Below, piece by piece: positions 27,939 through 38,615 of a stretch of DNA of 58,681 nt (its first letter is position 1; each line of letters starts with the position of its first letter). The DNA is from a virus. Taxonomy: Duplodnaviria > Caudoviricetes. The stretch spans positions 1 through 58,681 of the IMG/VR virus record IMGVR_UViG_3300023174_000189. One strand, given 5' to 3'. The notes beneath the pieces were generated by a model, which saw nothing but the letters and a program-made list of their open reading frames with translations, did no database searches and had not been told where the DNA came from. The translations under genes and the position numbers were made by a program.

Positions 27939-30779
27939 ATGGAGAAATATAAAATGTTAGAATTTTCAGATCATGCTATTAGTCTACTAGAAAACTATTA
28001 CATGATGGATGACGAAAAAACCCCTTCAGAAGCATTTAAACGAGCTTCTGATGCCTTTTGTGGTGGAGATAAAGAATTAGCTAGTCGTATTCTCTCTTAT
28101 GTAGAGAATGGGTGGTTTATGTTCTCAAGTCCTATCTTATCTAATGCTAGACTAGAAGGACAAAAGAAATCAGGTCTTCCTATTTCTTGTTTCTTAACCT
28201 ATGTAGATGACTCTCTCGAAGGTCTTATCTCTCATAGTGAAGAATTAAGATGGATGAGTGTTATGGGAGGTGGTGTAGGTGGTCATTGGTCTAATGTTAG
28301 ATCAGTATCAGATAAAGCACCTGGCCCTATTCCTTTCATTAAGACGATTGACAGTGATGTCGAAGCTTATAGACAAGGTAAAACTCGTAAAGGTAGTTAT
28401 GCTGCATATATGGATGTCTCTCACCCTGATATTATTGAGTTCCTAAATATTCGTGTACCCACAGGTGGAGATACTAATAGAAAGTGCTTTAATCTCAATA
28501 ATGCTGTTAATCTCACAGATGCTTTTATGACAGCTGTAGTAGAGAATAAAGAATGGAACTTAATTGACCCCCATACTAAACAAATTAAAGAAACAGTACA
28601 AGCAAGAGAACTTTGGCAAAGAATTTTAGAAGTTAGATTTAGAACAGGTGAACCCTATTTCTTTTTCAGTGATACTGCTAATAAGCATTTACCCCAACCC
28701 TTAAAAGACAAAGGGTTGAAAATTCATGGTTCAAATTTGTGTATTGCTGGAAGTGATAGGGTTGTAACCAATAAAGGCTATTTAACAGCTAAAGAGCTTT
28801 ATGATCTTGGTGAAGAACTTGAAGTGTTTGATGGCACAGCAAGTCAAAAAGCAACAGCTATGCAATTAATTGAAAAAGATGTTGCAACATATAAAATCAC
28901 TTTAAAGAATGGTTTAGAACATACGGTGACAGGCTACCACAAGATTAAAACTGAAAAAGGCGATATTGCTTGTGATGATTTGAAGATTGGCGATAGAGTA
29001 TTTATCCAAAGTAATAAAGGTCTTTTTGGCACGATCAATATGGAAGATGAAGCATTTCTACTTGGTCAATATCATGCTGATGGTACTCAATATCAAGACA
29101 TTATTATGCTTGATTTATGGGAAGATGATTTTGATCTTGTGCTAGAGATAGAAGAAAGATTTGCTCGTGTACATAAGAAATATGGCTGTGATACCTATGA
29201 AGTCAAGAATCAACATGGTACTGTTTGTACACGAGGAAGAGAACCTGCAGTATTCACCAACTGCACCGTAAATCAAAGCACTGTCGCTAAGAAAAGACTA
29301 GCATCAAAAACTTTAAAGAAAGCCTTAGATTTCACCAAAGCTACAATACCCTATTGGATATGGGAATCAGATGAAGCGACACAGTGGCAATATGTAAGAG
29401 GTTTATTTTATGCTGATGGTACGGTTAGTGTCGGTGGTGGTAAAGGTGAACCTATTTATCTATCAATCACCAATGTCAATTTACCATTTATCAAAGAGCT
29501 TCAAATTCTGCTTAGAAACTTGGGTATGCCTTTTTCTTTGCATATTTCAGCTGAAGAGGGAATGAAGTTAATGCCAGATGGTCGTGGTGGATACAAAGAA
29601 TATGCTTGTAAAACAGCCTATCGCCTAGTCTGTGGGTCTAAAAATGCTTGTTTAGTCTTTGAAGAGAAAACAAACTTCTTAACTAGAAGAGGTGTCAATA
29701 TAGAAAATAAAGTGTGGAGAGATAATAGTCGTAAGGTATCTGAAGTTATTAGTATTGAATATGCAGGACATCAAGATGTTTATTGCCTAACTGTTGATTC
29801 AAAAGAAAACCATTTTGTGTCTAATGGCTTTATTACTCACAACTGCAATGAGATTTTTTTGGCGACAGATAAAGATAGAAGTGCTGTATGTTGCTTATCT
29901 AGTCTTAATGTAGAATATTTTGATGAATGGAAGAATACCTCTATTGTAGAGGATTGTATTACCTATTTAGATAATGTCTTACAATACTTTATAGACAATG
30001 CCCCACAACCACAAATGAAAAGAGCAGTATACTCAGCTATCCAAGAACGATCTTTAGGTTTAGGTGCTATGGGTTTCCACTCTTATCTACAAAGAAAGAA
30101 TATAGCATTTGAATCACCTATCGCTAAAGGTGTAAATAAGAAAATCTTCTCTCTTATTAAAGAAAGAGCAGTTAAACAGACTGAACTCTTAGCTAAAGAG
30201 AGAGGTGAGTATTTAGATGGTGTTGGTTATGGTAGAAGAAATAGTCATTTATTAGCTATAGCCCCTAATGCCAATTCGGCTATTATTTTAGATACCTCAC
30301 CAAGTATTGAACCCTGGAAGTCAAATGCTTTCACCCATAGAACAAGAGCAGGGGCTTTTTTATCTAAGAATAAGTATTTAGATAAGATTCTCTTAGATAA
30401 GAATATGCCTAAAGAAGAATATGATGCTATATGGCAATCTATTATTTTGAATCAAGGGTCAGTACAACATTTAGAGTGTTTAACTGACTATCAAAAGGCT
30501 GTGTTTAAGACAGCATTTGAATTAGATCAAATGTGGTTAATTGAACATGGTGCAGATAGACAAGAGTTTATCTGTCAGGGTCAGTCATTAAATCTCTTTT
30601 TCCCTGCAGGGAGTGATAAGGCATATGTAAATGCAGTACATTTAATGGCTTGGAAAAAAGGATTAAAGGGATTGTATTATTTAAGAACAAGTACAGGTGT
30701 GGTAGCTGAAAAGGTATCCACCAAGATAGAAAGAAAAGCTCTTAAAGACTATGATGAGTGTATCGCTTGTCAAGGGTAA
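27939..30779 (+). CDS. nrdA: ribonucleotide reductase class I alpha subunit (intein-containing, no ATP cone)
   Basis: SSPILSN, ISCFL, GGGVG, SNL|C..N|CNE, CCLSS, LGLGAMG, IAPNA, KGLYY, C-terminal CIACQG; start may be ATG 27954. Confidence 0.95.
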   Translation: MEKYKMLEFSDHAISLLENYYMMDDEKTPSEAFKRASDAFCGGDKELASRILSYVENGWFMFSSPILSNARLEGQKKSGLPISCFLTYVDDSLEGLISHSEELRWMSVMGGGVGGHWSNVRSVSDKAPGPIPFIKTIDSDVEAYRQGKTRKGSYAAYMDVSHPDIIEFLNIRVPTGGDTNRKCFNLNNAVNLTDAFMTAVVENKEWNLIDPHTKQIKETVQARELWQRILEVRFRTGEPYFFFSDTANKHLPQPLKDKGLKIHGSNLCIAGSDRVVTNKGYLTAKELYDLGEELEVFDGTASQKATAMQLIEKDVATYKITLKNGLEHTVTGYHKIKTEKGDIACDDLKIGDRVFIQSNKGLFGTINMEDEAFLLGQYHADGTQYQDIIMLDLWEDDFDLVLEIEERFARVHKKYGCDTYEVKNQHGTVCTRGREPAVFTNCTVNQSTVAKKRLASKTLKKALDFTKATIPYWIWESDEATQWQYVRGLFYADGTVSVGGGKGEPIYLSITNVNLPFIKELQILLRNLGMPFSLHISAEEGMKLMPDGRGGYKEYACKTAYRLVCGSKNACLVFEEKTNFLTRRGVNIENKVWRDNSRKVSEVISIEYAGHQDVYCLTVDSKENHFVSNGFITHNCNEIFLATDKDRSAVCCLSSLNVEYFDEWKNTSIVEDCITYLDNVLQYFIDNAPQPQMKRAVYSAIQERSLGLGAMGFHSYLQRKNIAFESPIAKGVNKKIFSLIKERAVKQTELLAKERGEYLDGVGYGRRNSHLLAIAPNANSAIILDTSPSIEPWKSNAFTHRTRAGAFLSKNKYLDKILLDKNMPKEEYDAIWQSIILNQGSVQHLECLTDYQKAVFKTAFELDQMWLIEHGADRQEFICQGQSLNLFFPAGSDKAYVNAVHLMAWKKGLKGLYYLRTSTGVVAEKVSTKIERKALKDYDECIACQG
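28740..29843 (+). mobile_element. intein with LAGLIDADG endonuclease in NrdA (368 aa)
   Basis: CIAGSDRV ... VTGYH ... GQYHADG, GLFYADG ... ITHN|C; the +1 Cys is the NxCxE catalytic Cys. Confidence 0.92.
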
Positions 30780-30783
30780 GTAA

Positions 30784-30996
30784 ATGTTAAAAATCGTATC
30801 TGCTTTATTATTGTATGATCTTAATCGTCTATATATGGATTCTTTAGATGTATCTGTAGAAGATGTTGATTTAAAAGAACCTGTTATTATATCTCGTCAA
30901 GAGGGTAAGATAATTTCAGGTGAGAGAGTACTATTAAAAGTGTTAAAGTCAAAAGACCTAGTAAATGTCTATTACAAATTTGAGGATGAAGTATGA
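30784..30996 (+). CDS. small hypothetical protein, possibly a degenerate ParB-like fragment
   Basis: 70 aa, coupled to nrdB; DLKEPVIISRQEGKIISG. Confidence 0.45.
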   Translation: MLKIVSALLLYDLNRLYMDSLDVSVEDVDLKEPVIISRQEGKIISGERVLLKVLKSKDLVNVYYKFEDEV

Positions 30997-32936
30997 GTAA
31001 GCTATTAGAACCTACATTAACCTATAAACCTTTTCACTACCCCTGGGCTATGGAATATGCTGAAAAGCATGAAAAAATCCATTGGGGTACATGGGAAGCT
31101 AAACTACAAGAAGATGTTAAACAATGGAAGAATGGTGGTCTTACTGACCATGAAAGAAAACACATTACTTCTATTCTTAGAATCTTCACTCAAAGTGATT
31201 GTGCCGTAGCAGGTAATTACTGCGATCAATTTATTCCTGTCTTTAAAAATAATGAGATTAGGAATATGCTATTGAGCTTTGCCAATAGAGAAGGCACTCA
31301 CCAAAGAGCCTATGCTTTATTGAATGACACTTTAGGTCTAGCTGAAGAAGAATACTCAAGTTTCTTATCCTATACAGAGATGAAAGATAAAATTGAGTTT
31401 ATGCAAGAGTCAGGTATTCATAATGACCACCCTACTTTAAAAGCTATTGCTACATCATTAGCACAAGCAGTATGTAATGAGGGTATGAGCCTATTCAGTG
31501 CTTTTGTTATGCTTTTAAATTATCAAAGATTTGGTAAAATGAAAGGGATGTGTGAAATTGTTGAATGGAGTATTAAAGATGAAACTTGCTTTACACCTGA
31601 TACTGAGATTCTAACTGAGAAAGGGTGGGTTTCATTTGAGTCTTTACCTAAAGATTTAAAAGTTGCTCAATATAACTCTGATACACAAGAAGTCTCTTTT
31701 GTATTACCTGTAAGTTATATAGATAAAGAATATCAAGGTGATCTCGTTACTTTTAAAAATATGAAGTGTGGGATTGATATCACAGCAACAGCAGACCATG
31801 ATTTACTTTATCTACATTCTTATAAAGATGGTTTAAAGCCCACTAAGGTGAAGTTTAATGACTTTGAACCCCATTATAGAAAAAAGATTATTGTATCTGG
31901 GTGGAAGCAAGAAGGTGAATGGGAATCACTTACAGCTAAGGATAGATTCTTAATCGCTTTACAAGCTGATGGTTCTCTTGATTATCGTATTAAGGAATAT
32001 GGTAAAAACACAGGTCTTAAGAAAGCTCATTTCTCTTTAAAGAAAGATAGAAAGAACGAAAGACTACAAGAAATTTTAGATGAGTTAGGGTGGAAGTACA
32101 CTAAGACTTATAATGAGAAGAGAGAAGATTATACTTGGTATGTATGGAGTCCTGATTTAACCTTATCTAAGACTTTTAATTGGGTAGATTTATCTAAAGC
32201 TACAAGTCAATGGGCAGAAGAATTTATCAAGGAACTTATGTTTTGGGATGGTCATGATGTTAATAAAGATGGTCAAACTATTTATTATTCCTCAGTAGAG
32301 TCTTCTAATGTAGATGTAATTCAAGCATTAGCTACTTTTGCTAATATTAAATGCTCTAGGTCTTTAAAAGAAGATAATAGAAAAGATAGTTATAAAGACA
32401 CCCATAGAGTATGGTTATATTTAGATACCTCTTATATTCCTACAGGTAGAGCAAAAAAGACAGTTAAGACCTATGTAGGTCGTGTTATGTGTGTATCTGT
32501 CCCTACAGGTAATATTATCGTAAGACAAAACAATAAGGTAGCTATCGTAGGTAATTGCCATGTTGAAGCAATGAATAAATTGTTTCAAACTTTCTGTGAA
32601 GAAAACCCAAGAGTCGTCAATAATGAATTGAAGAAGCAAATCTATACTAACTTTACTCGTGCAGTAGAATTAGAAGATGCTTTAGTCAATTTGATTTATG
32701 AGAATGATGAAAATGAGATTTGCACCTTAAAGGGTAAAGATATTAAAACTTATGTGAGATATTTAGCAGATCGTAGATTATTACAATTAGGCTTAAAACC
32801 TATCTTTGAACAAAAAGAGAATCCATTACCCTGGTTAGATTGGATTGTGTCAGGTGATAGTTTCAAGAATTTCTTTGAGGGTGTGGTAACAGATTATAAT
32901 GCAAGTGGTATGAGTGGTGAGTGGGGGTGGGATTAA
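30993..32936 (+). CDS. nrdB: ribonucleotide reductase class I beta subunit (intein-containing)
   Basis: KPFHYPWA, FTQSD, REGTHQRAY, NEGMSLFSAF, WSIKDE|..|CH, NFFE. Confidence 0.95.
   Translation: MSKLLEPTLTYKPFHYPWAMEYAEKHEKIHWGTWEAKLQEDVKQWKNGGLTDHERKHITSILRIFTQSDCAVAGNYCDQFIPVFKNNEIRNMLLSFANREGTHQRAYALLNDTLGLAEEEYSSFLSYTEMKDKIEFMQESGIHNDHPTLKAIATSLAQAVCNEGMSLFSAFVMLLNYQRFGKMKGMCEIVEWSIKDETCFTPDTEILTEKGWVSFESLPKDLKVAQYNSDTQEVSFVLPVSYIDKEYQGDLVTFKNMKCGIDITATADHDLLYLHSYKDGLKPTKVKFNDFEPHYRKKIIVSGWKQEGEWESLTAKDRFLIALQADGSLDYRIKEYGKNTGLKKAHFSLKKDRKNERLQEILDELGWKYTKTYNEKREDYTWYVWSPDLTLSKTFNWVDLSKATSQWAEEFIKELMFWDGHDVNKDGQTIYYSSVESSNVDVIQALATFANIKCSRSLKEDNRKDSYKDTHRVWLYLDTSYIPTGRAKKTVKTYVGRVMCVSVPTGNIIVRQNNKVAIVGNCHVEAMNKLFQTFCEENPRVVNNELKKQIYTNFTRAVELEDALVNLIYENDENEICTLKGKDIKTYVRYLADRRLLQLGLKPIFEQKENPLPWLDWIVSGDSFKNFFEGVVTDYNASGMSGEWGWD
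31587..32555 (+). mobile_element. intein with LAGLIDADG-like domain in NrdB (323 aa)
   Basis: CFTPDTEILTEKGW ... TADH ... ALQADG, LMFWDG ... VMCVSVPTG...IVGN|C. Confidence 0.9.
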
Positions 32937-33739
32937 TCTTCCCAACCATCACCTTCGGGTTCAGACATTGGTCCCCATTTAGTCATATGTTGAGAACTGA
33001 CACCACTATTTGATCTTTCTTTAATTCTCTTATGGTGAATCTCTTCCTTTAAATTTAAGAAGATACTAGAAAAAGTCTGACCCCATTTATTTGTTTTAAT
33101 GACATCCCCTTGTTCATTTAAACCATATTCGTCCCATACTTGTTTAAAATCACCATCAGAGAGTTCATAACCTAGTTTACTTAGGCTATTTACTATATAG
33201 CTTTGAAATTTAGTCTCATCCTCAAATTCAAGATACTTATCAAAAAGAGGTACGATAAACTTCTCTAAGTTGAAAAGAATAGATTGAATGATAGCTTTGT
33301 CTTTAAGAAGAGAAGTGAGGATGTCTTTTTCAAAATTAGCATCAGGAATATCCCATTTCTTAACTAGAATATCAAAATGGTTTTTAGCTTTGTTTTCATC
33401 TATAGCATATACTTCTTTAACATAAGAGAAGATATATTCAGCATTGGTAGGAATATCCCATTTAGTAATCTCAATAGACTTCTTGTTATTTTGATTGGTG
33501 ATTTGAAAACCACTCGCAATTTCTTCATCCATCTCTTTATCCCAGAGAGAACATTTAACTCTTGAAATTTCACCATATTTAGGGGTTTCAGGTTGTCTTG
33601 CCAATTCAACTACAATTCTTCTTTTTCTCATTTGAGAAGTAGGTGAAACAGGCCCATTATATAACTCATCAGCGAGAGATGGGATATGCCATACTTTTTT
33701 AGGTAAGAGTCTCCCATTAGGTATTTGTTTAGCAAACAT
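32933..33739 (-). CDS. hypothetical protein
   Basis: 268-aa ORF, AAGGAG SD. Confidence 0.65.
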   Translation of the reverse strand: MFAKQIPNGRLLPKKVWHIPSLADELYNGPVSPTSQMRKRRIVVELARQPETPKYGEISRVKCSLWDKEMDEEIASGFQITNQNNKKSIEITKWDIPTNAEYIFSYVKEVYAIDENKAKNHFDILVKKWDIPDANFEKDILTSLLKDKAIIQSILFNLEKFIVPLFDKYLEFEDETKFQSYIVNSLSKLGYELSDGDFKQVWDEYGLNEQGDVIKTNKWGQTFSSIFLNLKEEIHHKRIKERSNSGVSSQHMTKWGPMSEPEGDGWED

Positions 33740-33820
33740 AGATAATTCTCCTTATCTGTATATATACAAACACATATTATAAAAATGGTATAGTAGATAA
33801 ACCTTAAAGGAGGATATAAA

Positions 33821-34114
33821 ATGAAATTGAGATTTATAAAGAAGTATATAGATGAGAATGACCCATCTATATTAGTAATAGAAGCCGATGTGTTTAAGTC
33901 CAAGCATCAGCCTGATCCTGATGAGAGAGTTTTATTAAGAGTGCCTGTGGAATCTAGATATACAAAGAAAGAATTAAAAGAACAAGTGAATCAACCTGTA
34001 GGGGAAGAACAGATACCTGAAGAAATAGATTTTGAAAATTTAGGGGTATATAATGTTTCTATTTTATATGTGGTGATGAATTACTTATATAGATATTTAG
34101 GTATTTGGGTTTAG
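33821..34114 (+). CDS. hypothetical protein
   Basis: 97-aa ORF, AGGAGG SD. Confidence 0.6.
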   Translation: MKLRFIKKYIDENDPSILVIEADVFKSKHQPDPDERVLLRVPVESRYTKKELKEQVNQPVGEEQIPEEIDFENLGVYNVSILYVVMNYLYRYLGIWV

Positions 34115-34162
34115 ATAAACATTTAATAATAAGTCTTTAGTATGTAATCTATAAGGGAGCTA

Positions 34163-37100
34163 ATGATGATTGATAGACTTATGAATCCATATAAAAAGAA
34201 TATTCTTTTAAAGTTAAAAGCAAGATATAAAGGTATATGGAAAGACTTATATGCGATATTTGAGGTATATCAGTTTTTAATACAACTAGATGAGTATCTA
34301 GTATTGACTATTCAGGACACTACTCTTTTTAGTCCGTTAGAAGAAAGATTCTTGACATTCCTCAAAGAATTTAAAAGACATTATGAGATACAAGAAAATT
34401 TTAATCCTCTCTATATTAGAAAAGTGCTACAAATCATAGACACCGCTTTTCAAAGCATAGAGATAGACAATAAGAATTTTATACTAAAACTAGGACACAA
34501 TCCTAAATTTAGAGATGCTTTAAAAGGAATACAAGACACCATACAATTTATTTTCGTAGTAAATCAAATACCCTTTATGATGACATATAGGACATCACCT
34601 AATGGATTTAAATACCTTGAATTTAAATCTAACATTAAATCTACAGATGTAGATACTACAGAAGATATTAAGCTACAAATTGAGATCAACAATAAACTTG
34701 TCGAATATCAAGAACTAGAAAAGAGTAAGTATATTAAAGAGAATAATCTTAGTCTTAATGTACAAGAACTTAATGGTGAAGAATATGGAATTGCAATTAA
34801 ACCTAATGGTACGGTAGATACGATTTACACCTCAGATAGTAAAAAACACAGAACAATAGAACTTGCTATACAACATAATGAAGAAAAAAGAATGGTAAGC
34901 GAGAACTATAATAAATTCACTTTAAATGGAGATAAACTGCTTTATGATGGTGAGGTCTATGGGATTGTAGAAAAAGTAAATAACTTAGAGGAAAGAATCC
35001 ATAAATACAATCAAGAGTTATTAGAATATAATAACCACCTTAAACTATATGAAGAGAAAAAAGAAAACAATGTTGTATCGGTGTCTTTATCGGAAAATAA
35101 TTTTACTAGACAAGTAGCTACCATAGACATTAGAGATGATAGAGGACTTGTAAGACCTGTTATTATACAAGGTAAGTTTAAAGGAGTGTATTTAGATCAA
35201 ATTGTTTCTAGTGTTGGTCATATGTTAGATACTGAATTTTATATGCTCCATACAGACAGCCAAGTATTAGAAAAAATTAAAAATGATATAAACATCTTAA
35301 ATGAACCTTATATCACTTTAGAAGACGAGTCTCTTCTCTTATATTTGCCTTTAAAAGCAGTTAAAGAAAGAGAAATTGTTTCTAAACTCACTACACAAAA
35401 AAATAGAAATGAATTTTATATAGACCCTAAAGATTATTTGAAAATTAGAAATTACTTAGGCTCTGTTATACTCTCGAAATCAGCTAAAGACTACATCTTT
35501 AAATATTTACAGATACAAGATAAGAATACTTATTTAAAAGTGTCCGATCACTTAAATCAATATAGTACTCGTCAAATAGATGGTTTTAAAAAAGATAGTG
35601 TAGATCTCACCTTAAATGAAAAACAAGCTATTGATTGGTTAGAGAATAATACTAATGGGATTATAGGCATTAATAAAACGATTGAAAAAATAGCTTTAGC
35701 TTTAGCTTTAAAAAACACAAGTAAGAACTATCTTCTCGTATCTAAGGAAAAAGGCAATCTAGCTAAAGAGGTTCATAACTCTTGTGAACTATTCCCTACT
35801 AACATAGTAGAAATTACACCTAGTGAATTAGGTAAAGCTAACCCTAGCAAATACTCTAAAATCCTTTTCAATAATGTAGAAGGTGAGATAAACCATAAAG
35901 CTAAATTCTTTTTCACTGAAACATCAGTGTCTAAAAGAATAGAGGTCTTGTTCCACCTTAATAAGTTTGTTAATAACTTAAACTATACAGACAAAGAAAA
36001 AGAAACTTGGTGTTCTAAATATTCTCATAAAGTAGTAGATACATATGTAGGATTAAAGAGTGAATTTAAAGAAGAATTTTTTGAATGGTTAAAAGATAAT
36101 TGTCTTATTCTCTCTAATAAAGATATGACTTTAGAATCTGCTTTAGGTATTAAAGAAGAAAAACAAAGTGAAATACAAGTAACTAAAATAGACCCTCAAA
36201 TAGAAGGTCTTTATATAGCCACAACTAAAGAGATTACGAATAATCTTAAAGGTGGCAACTTAGATAAAAAAGCCCTTGCCCATAAAATTGAAATCCTCAC
36301 CTTACTTCTCAATAACCCTAAAAAAGCTCTTTCTATCTTAGGTAAAACCATACCTAATCTATCCAATCCTAAAATCAATAAAGCAATATCTCTTGCTAAA
36401 CAAAATGAAGGTAAAACTTTATTCTTTACTGAAGATGATTCTCTTGCCCAAGAAACTGCCTCTCTTATATCTAAACAAATACCTGGTCTTCATGCTTATA
36501 TTGTAGATGGTGTTCCATATATATATGAGAATGGATTTTCTATTAAATCTAAATCAAATGATTTTAAAACATTAACATCAAGTCATTATGATTTAAAGAA
36601 TATAGACACTGAGGGTTATAGTTTATATGCTCACCTTGATCGTGGTAATTATAGCACTCAAATTTTAGCCGAAAGAGCTTCTCTTATAGAGGATAAAAAA
36701 GAAATCTATATAGATGCTATATCTACAAATCCGACCTTAGATAAAGTCTTCTCTCAATTATCTTTAGAACAAAAAGAAGAAATAGAAAAAGTCTTTGAAG
36801 AACACAAACCTGTTTATATTAAAGTAAATACAAACCAACAAGGTTTAAAGATCAATAGGGATTTATTAGAAGCCTGTGTTTCTGCTAACCCTTCTTTATA
36901 TCCTATTGTAAATAAAAGAATTGTAGAAGGTGAGAAATACCCACTTATAAATAAGTCTTTCTTAGATGATAAGAGAGTAGAGAAATTAGAGAAGAATAAC
37001 CCTTATGTAGTAGCTAAGGTGAGAAGTGCTTCTTTACAATTACAAGTACCTTATCAACATATCTTAGATATCTCTTCATTATCTATTTTACATAATCCTA

Positions 37101-38320
37101 TTACTAAAACAGAGAAGGATCAAAGTAGTGTTACAGTAGAAGATAAAGGGTCTTATAAAGAAATACATATCTTACAAAAACATGATATGTTAGGAATGTA
37201 TAGCAAAGACACCTCTAATTACTTAGAGAGAATAATCAAAGTTAAAAATGGGATGCTTGTTTCTGTATCTAATGAGATTTTAGCTACATCTTCTTGTTCC
37301 GCTAAAGGTATAGGTACAAGAGCTATCTTTACACAATATAAAACAGCTATTAAATATGGTTTAGAAGAGATAACTACCCATGCTGCAGGGAATTATGATT
37401 CTTTTGATTCTCAAGGTAATATTAAACCTGAAAAACTTATAGGATACTATGTCTGGGGTAAATTAGGTTATAATACAAATATCTTAAAAAACTCTGCTCT
37501 TAGTACGAGTGAGAAAGAAAAAATTATCAAGTCCTTAGATTTACCTAAATGGCAACCTGTTAAAGAATGGCTTCTTAAATATACTTCTTTTAATTCTAAC
37601 ACCTTATGGTTATCCGATGTATATGCTTGTACTGTTAACGGTAAATTATTAGGTCAACAATGGTGGAAAGAAAATGGTGGTGGTCTTTATGTCACCCTAG
37701 AAACTGACCCTGCTTCTATCTCTTATCGTGTTATCAATAACTACTTTAAAAAGAAATGTGAAGAAGAAGGTCTCACCGAAGAAGAATACCTAACTAAAGA
37801 ACTCCCACCTTTTGATGTCGATTCTTTAGATTGCTGGAATAGTATCTTATCTCAAAAAGAATTTTTAGGAATCACTGACTCTAATATCAAAGATGTTGTA
37901 GACGAATACTCTAACAATCTTATTAAAGCTCTTATTAAAGAATCTGAAACTTATCCTTATCTTCCTCCCCTTAGAATGTTCTTATATAACATCTATAAGA
38001 CACCTAATAGCATTCGTAAAAAGAATATCTTTAATGCTATCCCACAACCTGTACTTAAAGGTATTCTCAAAAAACTCTATAACGAAGAAACTAAAAAAAA
38101 GAGTTTAAATCAAACCCTTACCGCACTCTTTGATGATATTACTAAAGGTAATATTAAACTTGCTAATGAAAATATGAGTAATGACCATTTCTTACTAGAA
38201 ATTGCTAATGACCCTCTTTTAGATAAAGAATGGATTGCTATCGGTCTACAAAAACAAAGTAATGCTCTTAAAAAAGAAATTGTTGAAGCTGACCCCCTAC
38301 TAAAGAATAAGGTGAAATAA
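34163..38320 (+). CDS. large probable virion-packaged protein: degenerate SNF2-like helicase + GNAT-like domain
   Basis: EKQAIDWLE, NPKINKA...KTLFFT and AHLDRG resemble SNF2 lobes without intact Walker motifs; KGIGT...GYYVWGKLGYN GNAT-like; paralogous to 41819..44170. Confidence 0.6.
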   Translation: MMIDRLMNPYKKNILLKLKARYKGIWKDLYAIFEVYQFLIQLDEYLVLTIQDTTLFSPLEERFLTFLKEFKRHYEIQENFNPLYIRKVLQIIDTAFQSIEIDNKNFILKLGHNPKFRDALKGIQDTIQFIFVVNQIPFMMTYRTSPNGFKYLEFKSNIKSTDVDTTEDIKLQIEINNKLVEYQELEKSKYIKENNLSLNVQELNGEEYGIAIKPNGTVDTIYTSDSKKHRTIELAIQHNEEKRMVSENYNKFTLNGDKLLYDGEVYGIVEKVNNLEERIHKYNQELLEYNNHLKLYEEKKENNVVSVSLSENNFTRQVATIDIRDDRGLVRPVIIQGKFKGVYLDQIVSSVGHMLDTEFYMLHTDSQVLEKIKNDINILNEPYITLEDESLLLYLPLKAVKEREIVSKLTTQKNRNEFYIDPKDYLKIRNYLGSVILSKSAKDYIFKYLQIQDKNTYLKVSDHLNQYSTRQIDGFKKDSVDLTLNEKQAIDWLENNTNGIIGINKTIEKIALALALKNTSKNYLLVSKEKGNLAKEVHNSCELFPTNIVEITPSELGKANPSKYSKILFNNVEGEINHKAKFFFTETSVSKRIEVLFHLNKFVNNLNYTDKEKETWCSKYSHKVVDTYVGLKSEFKEEFFEWLKDNCLILSNKDMTLESALGIKEEKQSEIQVTKIDPQIEGLYIATTKEITNNLKGGNLDKKALAHKIEILTLLLNNPKKALSILGKTIPNLSNPKINKAISLAKQNEGKTLFFTEDDSLAQETASLISKQIPGLHAYIVDGVPYIYENGFSIKSKSNDFKTLTSSHYDLKNIDTEGYSLYAHLDRGNYSTQILAERASLIEDKKEIYIDAISTNPTLDKVFSQLSLEQKEEIEKVFEEHKPVYIKVNTNQQGLKINRDLLEACVSANPSLYPIVNKRIVEGEKYPLINKSFLDDKRVEKLEKNNPYVVAKVRSASLQLQVPYQHILDISSLSILHNPITKTEKDQSSVTVEDKGSYKEIHILQKHDMLGMYSKDTSNYLERIIKVKNGMLVSVSNEILATSSCSAKGIGTRAIFTQYKTAIKYGLEEITTHAAGNYDSFDSQGNIKPEKLIGYYVWGKLGYNTNILKNSALSTSEKEKIIKSLDLPKWQPVKEWLLKYTSFNSNTLWLSDVYACTVNGKLLGQQWWKENGGGLYVTLETDPASISYRVINNYFKKKCEEEGLTEEEYLTKELPPFDVDSLDCWNSILSQKEFLGITDSNIKDVVDEYSNNLIKALIKESETYPYLPPLRMFLYNIYKTPNSIRKKNIFNAIPQPVLKGILKKLYNEETKKKSLNQTLTALFDDITKGNIKLANENMSNDHFLLEIANDPLLDKEWIAIGLQKQSNALKKEIVEADPLLKNKVK

Positions 38321-38322
38321 TT

Positions 38323-38574
38323 ATGAATACTCTCGAATGGTCTAATTTTATTCTATCTGTTCCAGATGAGGAACTATTAGATATGGCTATACACTTAGGC
38401 TCTCAAGCCTTTATTGACACTATGTTACAAAAGAACATCCCTTTATCCGATATTCTACAAATACATAAACTTGTAGCTCAAAAATTTATTACTTCAAGCA
38501 GACTTGTTCCCCAAAAACTAGACGGATGTGTTGTTAATTACTATAATATTTTATATCCTCCCACCCAAGTATAA
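38323..38574 (+). CDS. hypothetical protein
   Basis: 83-aa ORF 2 nt after previous stop, AAGGTG SD. Confidence 0.6.
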   Translation: MNTLEWSNFILSVPDEELLDMAIHLGSQAFIDTMLQKNIPLSDILQIHKLVAQKFITSSRLVPQKLDGCVVNYYNILYPPTQV

Positions 38575-38615
38575 TATAATATATTTAGTGTTTTTTTAAT
38601 ATAAAGAGAGTATTT

